Shown here: piece by piece, positions 44,099 to 58,067 of the stretch
Numbering within the stretch: the first letter of the stretch is position 1
How the letters are laid out: each line of letters opens with the position of its first letter
DNA from: the human T2T-CHM13v2.0 reference genome, Homo sapiens
Direction: 5' to 3' (one strand)
Assembly (NCBI RefSeq): GCF_009914755.1
Contig: NC_060927.1
DNA: 64,000 bases
Translations under genes and position numbers: made by a program
The notes under the pieces: model-generated
Seen by the model: the letters and a program-made list of their open reading frames with translations, nothing else
Databases searched by the model: none
What the model was told of the DNA's origin: nothing

Positions 44099-45344
44099 GA
44101 CTCATATTTTTAACTGACTAAATAATAACAAAAGATTTTTAATATTTATTTTAGAAACATATGCACCAGAGGCCATTATTACAGCCTATTTCAGCACAAA
44201 GACAAAATGCATCCCGTGGATTAGAGGTATAGAAAAGCTATCACCAGGAGATGGCACCTTAAATGTATGTTATGAAACTCATGAACCAAGAAACCCATGC
44301 AGTCACTTCTTATTTCAGCTTCCCAGCATTTCATTTGCTACAATATAGCTAGCAATAAAATTAATTTAAAGACATGAATCCAACATTATATTCCACTTAG
44401 AGTATGTAGTTGTTTACATGTGTAGTTAGAGCTTTTTATGTGACAGGGTTTTGATTTTCATAGTGGAACTTCATGAATTGTAATGAATTGTAAAATATTT
44501 TTAGAGAAGGTTATTATTTTCTGTGAAAGGGATATTATACTTTGAATGCTAAGGTTTATACATTCTTTGCTTCACATTTTCCACTTCTAATGTCGTCATC
44601 CTGAGGACAGGAGAAAGCATTCATGAAAAAGATTGGACTGAGGTAGCAGCATGGGCAATGGCTCTGGATTCAGCTGGCTCTCCCCAGGGATCACCAGTTC
44701 AGGGGGACATTAGGAGCCAAAGATAATGGCAACTGACTAAGTCCAGCTCTCCAAAAAGCCCCATAATTATACAGATGAATGGGAAGAACAAATAAGATTA
44801 CATATACCCTATGCCTTTGGCACAACAGACTCCATGTTACCAGTAGGTAGAAAAATAAACACTATTCCATAGAAACTTTCTCTTGTGCCTTGCATATTTA
44901 CCTCAAGCTTGGTTAGAGTGGGGTAGGTCATGGGGCCAGTGGGGAGGGGGGCGGGGGGGACAAGCTCAAGTCATACGAAAAAGAAGACCAGATGCAATAT
45001 TGGAAAAGAGTCTTGGTGGGCCAGTACATTGAGCCCAGGGAAAGGACTCAGAGAGGAGAGTGTTGGCCAGGGCAAGGCCACACTTCTGCAGGATGCTCCC
45101 TTTGGAAACTGTGTGGAGTTTGGGGAAAAAAAGGTGGGGGGTAGGTGGGATTGGGGGGAGGAAGGACTAAAGATCCTGTGAGGCAAAAGAAAACCAGAAA
45201 ATCAAAATGACACATGACCCATCTCATCACTTCCCTCCACCTGAACATGGGAAAAACATCTAGAAGAGAGCCCTGGAGCATGAGTTAGTTACACCTTGGA
45301 GTAGTGCTGTGTGAAGCCATATTGGAACCTGAGGTAAAAGGAAA

Positions 45345-45530
45345 TATTGATGATACTAATCCTGCCTTTATTTAAAATTTCTATATGTTGAATGTCATTG
45401 ATTTTTAACATTCTTTCTGAATTTTTAAAAATATCACCTTAAAATATTATTTCTTTATCTTGACAGCTGTGTTTTTGGTGCCCCCTTAAACCATGTACCT
45501 CCCTCACCACATCCTTGTCCTAGTCCTGCC
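45345..45530. mobile_element. MER96B-like hAT fragment
   Basis: ATCCTGCCTTTATTTAAAATTT...TTTTTGGTGCCCCCTTAAA. Confidence 0.6.
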
Positions 45531-45895
45531 TCAGTGGTCTCCTAAACAGAAGCAGAGGAGCCGGAGCCGCCACTAGGGATAAATTTCAAGGCTTCTAGGT
45601 CTCTGCAAATGCTGATAAAGCAGCTCTAGGAGCTTCCAAAAATCCTCTGAGAAAGGAACAATAGGCGCTAACTGTTGGATCTGAGAGCACACCAAATGGT
45701 TTGGGGTAGGTGCCCCTGAGGAGTAAAAAGGGATCAGTGGAGATCTTGGGGCGGCACTCACATTATTTGTTACAGAAGCCATCTTCCAATATTGATTTTT
45801 CAAAAGTCCCTCCACTTAATCGCAGCACCAATCTCACTGTCCTCACCCGCAATAGTTCTATTGGCTCACTGATTTGTCCTTCTAATCATAGTGAG

Positions 45896-45972
45896 ATATA
45901 TATATATATATATATATTCATGACAGTATATATGTGTGTGTGTATATATATATATATATACACATACTGTCA
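45896..45972. repeat. (TA)n/(TG)n compound microsatellite with inverted flanks
   Basis: TGACAGTAT...ATACTGTCA brackets (TG)n(TA)n. Confidence 0.9.
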
Positions 45973-46439
45973 ACACACTCAACCACAGTGTCCCTTGACA
46001 AGGAAGGAACAGTTGATTGGGGTAGGGCTGACAGAGGTGACTCTTGGAGAGCTGAGCCCTTAGAGTCTACTCTTTCTCAAAGACTTCATTAGAACCACCA
46101 ATATAATGAGTTATAGATTCTTCTTTCTGTTCTATCCTCACAGAGTATACTCCTTAATAAGCAGCAGATCTGGCAGGGTCATCAGGATGAATCAGCACAA
46201 ATATAGGGCCATTATTGGAAAACACATTCAAAGTAAATAATAGATTGGAAATAGATAAAAGGCATAATCTTTTCATTTGAAAACTGTCATGCATTTCTCA
46301 TACAAACTCTCTGTAGCTCTTGTCTGTAGGACAGGAGATTTTATATTGGTGAAGATAACCAGAAACAATTTCCCCACCCTATTAGCAGCCATAAAATTTG
46401 GGAAGAAATTCAGAATAATATTCACATTTTTTTCTGGGA

Positions 46440-47030
46440 GTAAATAGTGTATTCATGAATGGCATACCTTCCGAAATGTGCAAAAACTATAAGTGTAAAC
46501 TCAATAGGTTTTCATAAAAATGAACATACCTTTGTGACCAGCACTACATCAAGCACCACCAGAAGCCCCCTTGTCCTCCCAGTAAACAGCCACCATATGT
46601 AATCAGTCTCCTGCCATCTAATACTGTAGATTAGTTAGCCTGTTTTTTGTATTTTATGTAAACAAAATCACATAATATTTATTCCTTTATGCCTGACTTT
46701 TTTTTCACAAACATTATGTTTGTGAGATTCATCTGTGTGGTTGTTTGTAGTAATAATGTGTTTATTGTGATTGCTCTAAAATATTCCCTTGTGGGAACGT
46801 ATCTCAGTTTATTTAAGTATGTTATAGTTGATGGATATTTGGATTGTTTCTATTTTTGGGATACTAGGAATATGGCTTCTATGACTATTCTTGTGGATAA
46901 CAGTTTTTGTATTCTTGGACATCAGTGGGAACATATAAGGATATTTCTGCTGGGTTATACTTAGGAATTTTTTGAAGTTTATAGGAGTAGAATGATACAT
47001 GTACAACTCAACTGAGGATAGCTTAAAACA
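46440..47030 (-). mobile_element. L1ME 3' fragment
   Basis: TTTGTGAGATTCATCTGTGT...GTTGATGGATATTTGGATTGTTTC. Confidence 0.75.
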
Positions 47031-47766
47031 GGCAAGATGCCTTCTCCCATAGCATGAGTGCGTGGCCATCATTTAATTCAAATTCTATCATTGGGAGAGC
47101 ATTTTCCAACTTGGTAACCCCTTCTAGTCTATTTGTACTATTACTATTATATGGAGCACCTATCTTGTTAGAGAACTTAATAAATTATTATTTCTCCTAT
47201 ACAACGACACATTCTGAACCTATTTTCAAAACTGAAGGTGACAGTGTAACAGAATAGCACCAAATCCACTTTTAGCAGGCATACAGGTAATCTCCAAATC
47301 TTATCCATTGTATTTGCATTAAATAAGGTAGTAGAAATAGTGCTCACCTATTCAGAACTCTCATGTCATGCATTTTGTAAGAGTATTTTTTAAAAATTTG
47401 TCCAGATTATAAGACTCATCTGTAATACCTGTTCAAATTAGATTCTTAGACCAACTAGATCACATTCTGTCAGGAGGGTCCTGGGAATAACTGTTTTTCG
47501 AAACCAATTTTCATGATCAGGCAAGATTTGGAAATCATACAAAGGAGTATTACAAATAAATGATATTTAGCATTTCCTTGGCATATTTTGTGTGCTCAAA
47601 AAATCATGTATGTGAAATCTGGTTTCTAAAGCTTCCTTAAAAGCAAAAAGACATGAACACAAATATGAGGAATCAATTTGTAATTCTTTAATTTTTATTC
47701 AGATCTTTGATATTATTGGTTATTCATGTAATGTTTTCACTAATATAACAGATGTTTATTGAGTGC

Positions 47767-48174
47767 TATGTTAGGCCATTTTTTCATCACTGTAGAGAAA
47801 TACCTGAAGCTGGGTAATTTATAAAGAAAAGAGGTTTAATTGGCTCACTGTTCTGCAGGCTGTACCAGCATGACTCCAGCATCTGCTTCTGGTGAGGGCC
47901 TCAGGAAACTTACAGTCATGGCAGAAGGCAGAGTGGGAGCAGGCACGTCTTATGGCAAGAATAGGAGTGAGAGAGAGAGAGCAGGTACCACATACTTTTA
48001 AATAGCCACATCTTCTCATAGTGAGAACTCACCCATCACCAAGGGGATAGCACTAAGGCATTCATGAGGGAGCCACCTCCATGACCCAAACACCTCCTAC
48101 TAGGCCCCAACTCCATCACTGGGGATTGCATTTCAGTATGAGATTTGGTGGGGACAAACATCAAAACTATATCA
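47767..48174 (-). mobile_element. MSTA solo LTR
   Basis: TTAGGCCATT...GGGTAATTTATAAAGAAAAGAGGTTTAATTGGCTCAC...AACTATATCA; TSD AGTGC/AATGC. Confidence 0.92.
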
Positions 48175-48849
48175 AATGCTCACAAAGAAACATGTTTTTT
48201 AAAAGTTTCATGTAATATGACTCCTGCCTGAATGAATTTTGAATCTGACACTCATACAGGTAACTAAATCATAAAGCATCATGATACTGTATGAACAAAT
48301 TACTGTAGGAATGTTCAGAAGGAGGAAATAATTCCTGTCCCTTTTTGCCTTTCCTGCTTCAGTTTCCACCCCTCCTCCATATTCACCATAGTAACTATTT
48401 CTAAAGCCCACTGGGATCCATATTAACCCTTATTGTTCATTAAAAATGTATATTTCAGTGGTGAGGTTATTTTATACAGGTCAAATTCAGAAAAGGGAAA
48501 GAGAGTAACAAGTGGTTCATCGGCTTCCTGCTTAATTTTAAGCTTCTTCAAAACAAGAAAGAGGGCAATGTGCTCACTGCTCTTTCTCCAACTCCTTAAA
48601 ACAGTGCCTGATATATAGTAGTTGATGAACAAATATTTTCTGAATGAAGAATGAAAAGATGTAACAGAACTTAACTACATTACTGGTGACAGAGTAGATT
48701 ATGTGACCCTAAAAATTGGTCTAGCCTTTAACTATAATTCTACCTTGAGGAAAGAACCTGAAAGAAGAAAAGCAGGATTTATTTGGCTATACAGATTGAT
48801 TTTCATTAAAAGTCAGTAAAACGAAAACTAATTTTCACTAACAGTTGGG

Positions 48850-49065
48850 TGGATTTGGATTCTGTAGTTGGAATGAGCTTAGATCGGTCTCATCCTGCAA
48901 CTTGGAAACTGAGTGAACTGAGGTCTTCGTTTCTTCATCTGTAAAATGGAGCTAACAATAACAGTTTCTATACTCGTACAGTTGTTGAGTATCAAATGAC
49001 AGAATCTGGGAAAAGCTCCCTGAACAGAGCCTGGCACATGGTAAACATTTAGTAAATAGGAGCAG
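48850..49065 (+). mobile_element. MIR
   Basis: TTTCTTCATCTGTAAAATGG...CCTGGCACATGGTAA. Confidence 0.75.
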
Positions 49066-51404
49066 CTCACCTTAGCTCAGTCATGCTAGTTAGACCAAGC
49101 TAGTCCTTAGCCCAGATAATTTCCTGCCATCTTTTGGAATATTGGCATAAGAAAAGTGTAAATCTATGGTGACCACCAGTGTGATGGCCTTTAGAATTGT
49201 GCCACATTCAAAGTACACAACCATATGTGGCAACTCTATGAGCCACTGTTATCACTGTCCTTATCATTACAGATGTTCTATTGATTATAATTAAATTTTT
49301 AGAATAAAAAGGTATCCAAGATATTCTGGAAAGCTGGCTAATCTACATGTTGTTTAAGATATGACCATTGATACCTTTTATTGGGAGAAATTTAACATGG
49401 AAATATTTATAAGGTAATGTTAAATATAATAATAGAACTCAAAATTGTACATAAACTGGACTGCAAATATAAGTATATGATTTAAAAAATAATTGTCAGA
49501 TTCAACAAAATGAAATTGTAGACAGTTTCTAATTTAAAAACTGTACACTAATTCTTGTTATACTATTGGTATATATAAACACACATTTAAATATTTATAT
49601 CCATTAGCTATAAATAAACTTTCAGAGAAAATTTATGAAAAATATATAATTTTTGGAGAAAAACTTTAAATGTTGAGGGAGACCTGGGGATATGATGAAA
49701 GGAAAATGCGAATTTAAGAGGAGTGAAGATGGATAATGGGGATGTTAAAAAGATGATTCTTTCAAGCCACTGTTTTTTAAGTGTCCAAGTAATTATATGA
49801 TATAGAATTTTTCCACTCAGTTTTCTTATGCTTTGCATTCATTGTCAATAATCAATTTTTAATAAAAGTTCCAGGAAAGCTAGGGGGTTCTGTGTATTAC
49901 ACATGAGCTTACGGGGACAGAAATAGTCCATTTTCAGAAGAGTGTATACTTGTTCCCCCAGTTGGGTTGGTTCCTTCTTTACACTTTGAGCTGCTTCTGT
50001 CTACCATCTTGGCATGCTCCCTTTCAGCAAAGGAGGGAAGAAAGGTCTTCTCTTGCATTCACCCAGTCAAATCAGAGTTAGTACTTGATTAATATAATAT
50101 TTCAATTCTGTCTTGTTTTTCCCCATTTCTACCACGTTATCACATTTCCTGCCTTTCAAAACAATTTAACTTATTTTACTAACATTTTGAGATCAGCTTG
50201 TGACATTTAATGTTCTCAATAATTAGAGAAGAATTAATTTGGTTAGCCTAGAATACACTCACTTGGGTTTCTAAATTAGTAAGCTCATTTTCATCCAGAT
50301 AATGGAAGGCTAGAGGGGTCCGGGTCCTGATTTAAGAGTAGAACTATTGGTTCTACCAATTTTGGCTTGGAGGCACTGTGTCGGTAAGAACCAAGTGGCC
50401 CTGATCCTCAGCTCTTGGTGTGAAGTGCTTGGTAAAATTTGTCATCTGAATTGAATCATTAGGGTAGAAGCAGTGTTAATAATATAGAAATGGCTGGCCC
50501 TGTTCACATTAATGATTAATAAATAAGGTTACATCATTTATAGCTCCTAGAGTCCAAAAAGGAATTCTACACATATTGTATCCATGAAGACACCACCCTC
50601 CACCCTTGCCCCCGCCTTGTGAGTTTAGCACGTGATCCTTATTTCAGTGGGGAGGATAGTGAAACTCAGAGAGATCGAATGCTTTTTCCAAGGTCATGGT
50701 GCTAGTCAGGGGCAGAAACTGGACTAGATCCCAGGTTCCACAATTCCAAGCTTGTCATGCTGTGCTCAGATGCTAGCAGTTGGGATTTAGCAGATATAAA
50801 TAAACTGTATTTTGGCCCATTTGATTGAGATCTCTATCCATGACCTAAATTTGCCTTCTTTTCCATGAGGCATTTCCATTTCCCCTCACCCGTCGTTTTT
50901 GAGAATGTAAATTAATCTCTGCGAATTTTGCAGAATAAGCAGGCAGACTAATACAGTATCACTAGTAGAAATGAACTTTCTTCATTTAGTTTAATGGGGA
51001 GTTGATTTTGAGACTTAATTACCAGAAATGCTGTCCCTTTGCACTCATGATAACCTATGTGGAGCTGCAGAACACAATTAGTTGGTGTAATTTTATTCTA
51101 TGCTTGTGTGAATATAGAATTTGATGCCTGAGGGACAGAGCTCAGGACAGAAGTTTAGGCGTTCACTGTTGGTCTTTGGATATGGAGAATGTTTCTTTTG
51201 AGGCTTTTCTATATCAGGGGTTGATCCCCAACTCCTGGTCCTAGTGACTAAAATTTAAGAATATAATTCTTCTAAACATGAAGACGTATCTAAGTTGTTC
51301 GCTTGCATGTCTCTTCAAAGCCTCTGACAAAAAGTAGAGTCACATTTCTGAAAGACTTTAAATTTAGACAGTAACATTTTCTCTGGATGAGAATATACCA
51401 GCAG

Positions 51405-51640
51405 TTTTATGGTATAGAAATTGAGAACATGGGTTCTGGAGTCAGCTACCTGGTTTCCAATTCTGGCTCCACGTCTCAGTACTGTGTGAGTTCAGGCACC
51501 ACACATAATCTCTCTGACTGAGTCCCCTCAACTGTATGATAGGGATAATAACAAGTACCTTATGGATTTGTAGAGGGTGCGATGAGAATATGCTCTTTTA
51601 AGCAACAGAAACTATTAATAAACATTGACTATTATTATCT
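51405..51640 (+). mobile_element. MIR
   Basis: TCTGGAGTCAG...CCTGGTTTCCAATTCTGGCTC...GGGATAATAACA. Confidence 0.75.
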
Positions 51641-51695
51641 GTATGATGTGATGAAAGTGATATTCACAAAATGTAAGCATTTAAAACATACTGCA

Positions 51696-52160
51696 TTTTT
51701 AAATTGTGCTAAATAACACATGACATGAAAGTTATCCTTTTAAATGTCTAAGAGGACAGTACAATATTGTTAACTCTATGCACATTGTTGTACAGCAGAT
51801 CTCCAGAACTTTTTTTTTATCTTACATGCTGAAACTCTATACTCACTGAACAGTAACTACCCATTTTCCCTTATCCCCCAGCCTATGGTAACTACTATTC
51901 TACTTTCTGATTCTTTGAATTTGACAATTTTAGGTACCTCATGTAAGTGAAGTCCTTCTGTGACTGGCTTATTTCATTTAGCATAATGTTCTTAAGGTTT
52001 ATCCACACTGTAGCATGTGTCAGAATGTCCTTCTTCTTAAAGGCTGAATAATACTCTATTGAACATATATACATTTTCTTTATCCATCCATTGATTAATG
52101 GACATTTAGGTTGTTTCCACCTCTTGGATATTTTGCATGGGAGTGCAAATATCTCCTCGA
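51696..52160 (-). mobile_element. L1MB (L1MB1-3) 3' fragment
   Basis: TGTACAGCAGATCTCCAGAAC...TGTGACTGGCTTATTTCATTTAGCATAATG. Confidence 0.85.
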
Positions 52161-52322
52161 GTTTTGAGAAGTAGTAATTTTTATGAACTTGGTGGAGCAC
52201 TTCTTCAAACTTTGAATGTACTAAAACTCGAGAAATGGAAATATTTCTGCTCTCTCTTTGGAGAATCACTTTTTGTAACTTACCCATGGATTCGTATCTT
52301 ATTTAAAATATCTTATTTAAGA

Positions 52323-52928
52323 ACTAAAAGTAGAACTACCATTCAATCCAACAATCCTACTACTGAGCATCTAACCAAAGGAAAAGAAGTTATTATATGA
52401 AAAAGACATATGCACATGCATGTTCACAGTAGCACAATTTGCAATTGCAAAAATATGGAACCAACCCAGGTGCCCATCAACCAACGAGTGAATAATGAAA
52501 ATATGGTGTATTTGTGTGTGTGTGTGTGTGTATCCAAAGACCAACAGTGAAAAAAAATATATATATATATATGGGAATACTACTCAGCTATAAAAAGGAA
52601 TGAAATAATCTTTTACCACAATTAGGATGGAGCTAGAGGCCATTATTCTAAGTGAAGTAACTCTGAAATAGAAAACCAAATATCGTATGTTCTCACGTAC
52701 AAGTGGGAGCTATGTATGAGGATGCAAAGAATAAGAATGATATAATGGACTTTGGGGACTTGAGAGGGAAGATTAGAAGGGATGTGAGGGATAAAAGACT
52801 ACATATTGAATACAGTGTATACCACTCAAGTAACAGGTGCACTAATATCTCAGAAATCACCACTAAAGAATTTATTCATGTAACCAAAAACCACCTGTAC
52901 CTCAAAACTATTGAAATAAAAAATATTA
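52323..52928 (+). mobile_element. L1PB1-like 3' fragment
   Basis: GGACTTTGGGGAC...GAGGGATAAAAGACTACA...CAGAAATCACCACTAAAGAA; TSD AAATATCTTATTTAAGA / AAAAATCATATTTAAGA. Confidence 0.88.
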
Positions 52929-55199
52929 AAAAATCATATTTAAGATCAACTAACATTCACACAAATGACTTAACCATGAAATAATGGTAGTCATTTAATC
53001 CATTCTAACAATCACTTTTAATCCCCCTTTCCCATGCTACTAGTGCATATTTGTGGAGCCACTGATATCCAGAGTAAAAAATTAACCCTAAAAGCCAGTT
53101 CACATATCTTGCCATGATGCTTTTCTTGACCATTTCAGCTCACAAGGATTCTCTCCTTCCACTGAATACCAACTAAACTATAATTTCACAGTCACTGTTT
53201 TGGTACTTATGTATTTCATTATATCTTTAGGCTTATGAGTAGGTAACTTTTCTCCTTCAATAGATTTCAAGATCTTTTAAAGTAAGGATGCTTTAGCAGC
53301 CCATGGGTCACCTGATGCCTCTCTGTGCCTCTGATTCATGTACCTATAACCATTGTCTCTGCTTTACCCCATATGACTCCAGGTGTAAAACTCAGATGCC
53401 CTTATTATTTCCTTAAGACATCCATTTCCAACAGGCATTTCGTGAGTTTCAGAAAAATTGATGGAGTTTTGGGGAGGGCTGAGTATGAGTACTCATGCTG
53501 CAGAGAATGCATATACCCCTTCTCCCTACTTTTTTACTCTGTTGATCTTGTTGCCCTCTGCTCTGCCCTTATTAGATTGTCCATCCAGAGTTCCAGATTT
53601 TTCTCTTTCATATTTTGGGTTTTCCACACCCTTCTATGATGTCTGTAGGGGCAGCCAACCCGCAACAAAGAATTTGGGTAAAACACATTGTCTCCAACAT
53701 TTTATAGCTGTTGTTTTCCCAGAGCAGCAACTGGTAGAGTAACATGTGTGCAAAATACATTTGATAAATATTTGTTGACTGAAGATGCAAACTGCTTGAT
53801 TATTGCAGTTTTAATAAGAAGGGGCAGATAGAATTTTCTGGGAAGGACTTTCTTGGGCATGGAATTATATCTCCTCTAGTAGGATTGCAGAGTAAAATCA
53901 TCTGTTCCTGGTAACAGTGGAGGCATTTAAAAAAAGAAGTCCAATCTCAAACGGGCAGCTACTGTTTCTGTACCCAATAGCTTCATTTGGAACTGACAAT
54001 CACGGGAAAGCTTATTACTCAGTCTCAAGCCATGTTAAATACTTGGAAGATTTTCTTTCTCTTATTCTCATGCCTTGACTGTATGGAAAGGTCACAGGTA
54101 TTAAAGGAATCCTAAACCTTTGCTTATATCCAAACAGTCTGACTGTGCAGCCTCAGGGATAAACAAAAAAGCAAGAGGTATGACTCCCTTTGCATGGCAA
54201 TTCAGATCATGTTTCTTCATCTTTCCTTTGTGACAGGGCGAAAAGTTGAAGCTTCCCAGGACCTGGAGGGCAAAGAGGGTCCATGTTCTTCATAAGAACA
54301 GCTGAACAGAGATAAGCACTAGCTGGTTTCTAGAAGAGAGAGACTTGAAAAGGAGGCCAAAACTCTACAAAAAAGGCCTGGAGAGGAGACATTGTCTATT
54401 TATGACTGAAGTAGTTTGAGAGATAAAGTGTTGTACAGGCAAGTGTGTTTGAGCTAAAGAAAGGACTAACAACAGGAACAGGACTTCAGGCTCAGGCCTG
54501 GGCATGATCTCAGCTTCAGGGCATTGTTGGAAGAACGAAGAGTACATATATAAGCCTTAAGGTTAGCATTTCCTTAACATTTTCATAAGTTCACATAAAA
54601 GCCACATCATAAATATTTGAGGATGGAATAGAACAGTGATACCCAAAGTGTGGACTGCAAGATGATTTTGGTGGTATACAGCTCATCTTTTTAATTTGTT
54701 ATATATTTATGTTTGCTAAGATATATATAAAATAAATAGCACATCAAGCCCATGATTTCACACATAAATGGAAAATAGTAAGAACTATAGATAATGGGTT
54801 CGAGCATGTTCACAATTGTTTCAAGCCTTTAATAAGTGAAGCTTTTATGAAAACCATCTGTACTCCTCATAGCAGATATGGAATGCTAGTGTGGACTTGT
54901 GTGAATTGACCTTCTACATTCACCATCATATGCTTTTTAGGGAGACAAGAGAAGAAGGGAATTGAGCTATTCAGATATTGTCAAGGTGGTATGTGAATAG
55001 CCAAATTTAGGACACTAGGTCAGACAACCACTTGGTGGAGATGTTGCAGAGGAGATTCAAACACTAAGTGGGATAAAGTGGGTTTTGGGGTTCCTTACCT
55101 GCTGGAGATTATATAACTCTTTTGGGACTTGACGAAAAAGAATTGATAAAGAAGGGATAATGTAGAGGTTGTCAAAAAAAAAAATACAGGACTTCTTTA

Positions 55200-55600
55200 A
55201 CTTTTCCATAATGATGAGCGCTGGCATTTTGTAGATTAGGGTTTTAGGCCAGTTTTAGACATCTTACACTGTACAGGGGGGCCCCACAATGAACAACTGT
55301 GTCGCATCCCACACAACCTTCCAATGTCCTCCTGGGCATTATGTCTAGGTGGAAAACTTCTTGTTAATTATCCGAAGCTACTCATTTAACTATGCTTCAT
55401 ATATAAACAGCGGTTTTTCATGGTTTTAATACACATCCATTTTTCTAGGGATGTGACTACTGTGTAATTCACAGTTATTTTAGAATGAAGACCCATATTA
55501 GTTTATTATCAATTACTTTTTTATTATCTACTAATATTGAGATATTATATGAATTTTAAAGAAAGTATGTCTTGGGTTATACATCTGTGAATTTTATATT
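55200..55600 (+). mobile_element. MER20B fragment
   Basis: TAGGTGGAAAAC...TAATTATCCGAAGCTA...CATATATAAACA...GGTTTTAATACACA. Confidence 0.65.
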
Positions 55601-55993
55601 GGCTCTCTTTGAGACTTTTCTGAGTTTGTAGCTTCTTATATTCTTATTAACAGGACTTTTGTTAATTTCTTCCAAGATCTGGCCCTGTGATCTGGTGACC
55701 AAATTTTATTCAGTACTTGTGTTACAGAAATTCTAAATATTGGAGTTTCCAAGAAGCTTTTAATTAGATGTTCCGTAACAAACCCTGAAGCTCTCTGGAT
55801 TTCTATATCAATCCCAAGAGATATGTAACTTGTTAGTTTATAGATTAAAGAAATATCTGTATCCTACAAAAACATTTAACCCAACTATTCTTTCTAGCTT
55901 AGTTATCTTCAGACTTCCATGTGCATTGAACCAGCTGGGCTACTCGTAGGACATGCAGATTCCTGAATTCCATAAGCATGAACTTGAGTTTTA

Positions 55994-56302
<309 letters not shown>

Positions 56303-56949
56303 AAGAAGCATCTTTATATTTCTGATGTGATGTTTCATGAACCACAAGTTTGAAAACACTGCTTGAGATATTACAAGTCATCCTAGAATGAAAAAGAAAA
56401 GCAAACCAAATCTTGATATCTAACCTATCAAAATACCCTCTTGTGGGCTGCACAGGTATAATAGACTCCTGTATCTATGGATAGAATCAACTAATTTTTA
56501 AAAGTCAGTTATTCAAATGGTTACTCTGGTTAAAAGGGAATTATCCTGATTTCAAAATATATATATCAGTATGTGGATGTAAATGCATTAATATGAAGAA
56601 AATACAATGTTTCCATCCTAAGTGGTGTATTCCATTAGGTCACTTAAATGTAGGGCTATCATATGTATCTTAACTTATGAAACTGGTTAAGAGCAAAACA
56701 AATAAACTTTGATTGATATTCTTTTGACTATTGATCAGAAAAGCTCTTCTGAACCTTCTACTTCAAAAAAATTTTGGTCAATATTAGGTTATCAAATCTC
56801 AAATTAGATTTGGCAAATAATGCACCAATGTTCATGTGGTATTTTAGCTGCCTACTTTTGTTTAAAACTGTTTATCTAAAGGATTTAGAAAATCTAATAT
56901 TAGAAAGGTTGAAAATGACCTGAAATTCATACAAATACTAGATAGTAAG

Positions 56950-57374
56950 TGCATTAGAAAGGTTTCTTCAGGTAAACAGAACCAATAGGATATATAGAGA
57001 GAGGAAGAGGAAAAGGAGGAGAATTTAAGAAATTGCTTCTGGTGATTTGTAGGTGTTGGGAAGTCAGAATTCTATAGGGCAGGCCATCAGGCTGGAAATT
57101 CCATCAGAAATTGATGCTGCTGTCTTAAGTTGAAAGGGAGTCAAGAGGCAGAATTCCTTCCTCTTCAGGAGACCTCAGTATTTTTCTTAAGGCCTTCAAC
57201 TGATTGGATGAGACCCAAATGCATCATGAAGCATAATCTACTTTACTCAAAGTCTACTGATTTAAATGTTCATCACATCTAAAAAAATATCTCCATAGGA
57301 ACATCTAGACTGGTGTTTGACCAAAACTGGGCACCATAGCCTAGGCAAGTTGACACATAAAATTCACCACCACA
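56950..57374 (-). mobile_element. MLT2D-like solo LTR (ERVL)
   Basis: AACAGAACCAATAGGA...GGCCTTCAACTGATTGGATGAG...AAGTTGACACATAAAATT; TSD GTAAG/GTCAG. Confidence 0.9.
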
Positions 57375-57851
57375 GTCAGCTAAATAATGATTAACCAAAG
57401 TGAAGCATAATGGAAACCTTAACTGAAAACATTGGTGTTTGAAAGCATCTTTGAAAGCTATGCCCTAAGTGTTTTTTCTCCCCTGTATACCACCCTAATC
57501 ACAAAAAATATCTATTTTAGGGAAATAATAGCCATTCTATATGCCATAAATTAGTAAATAGGTTGCATTTATATGGCGGTGGATGAAAGGGTTAGGACTC
57601 CAAAAGTCTGAAAATCAGACAGAAGAATTTTTCTGCATTCTCCCCACTCCCACCCTTTCTGTTAGCCGAAGTGTATAAAGTTTCTTCTAGTGGTCAAACT
57701 CTGTGGACATGAGGTGGGCATCTCTTCTTTCCCTGTGGCGAAAAGACCTGCTGGTATTGTTTGTGTCACTGATGAGGGACCATGATGCTATCCAGTTATC
57801 AACTTTCCTTTCTCATCTGGAACAAGATTGGACTTCTTTTATTTTCTAGAC

Positions 57852-58067
57852 CATTGATTCTCACAGGGAATATTTTGTTCCCCAAAAGACACTGAGCAAT
57901 GTCTGGAGACATATTTTGATTGTCACAAATGGCAGGGAAGGATACTACTGGTATCCACCAGGTGGAGGCCGGGGATGTTGCTGAATATCCTACAATACAG
58001 AAGACAGCCAAGCTACAAAGAATTATCCAGTCCAAAATATCAACAGTGCCTAGGTTGAGACATCCTA
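57852..58067 (+). mobile_element. MER20, full length
   Basis: GCAATGTCTGGAGACAT...CATCC/TATCCTACAAT...ACAAAGAATTATCC...GGTTGAGA. Confidence 0.9.
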
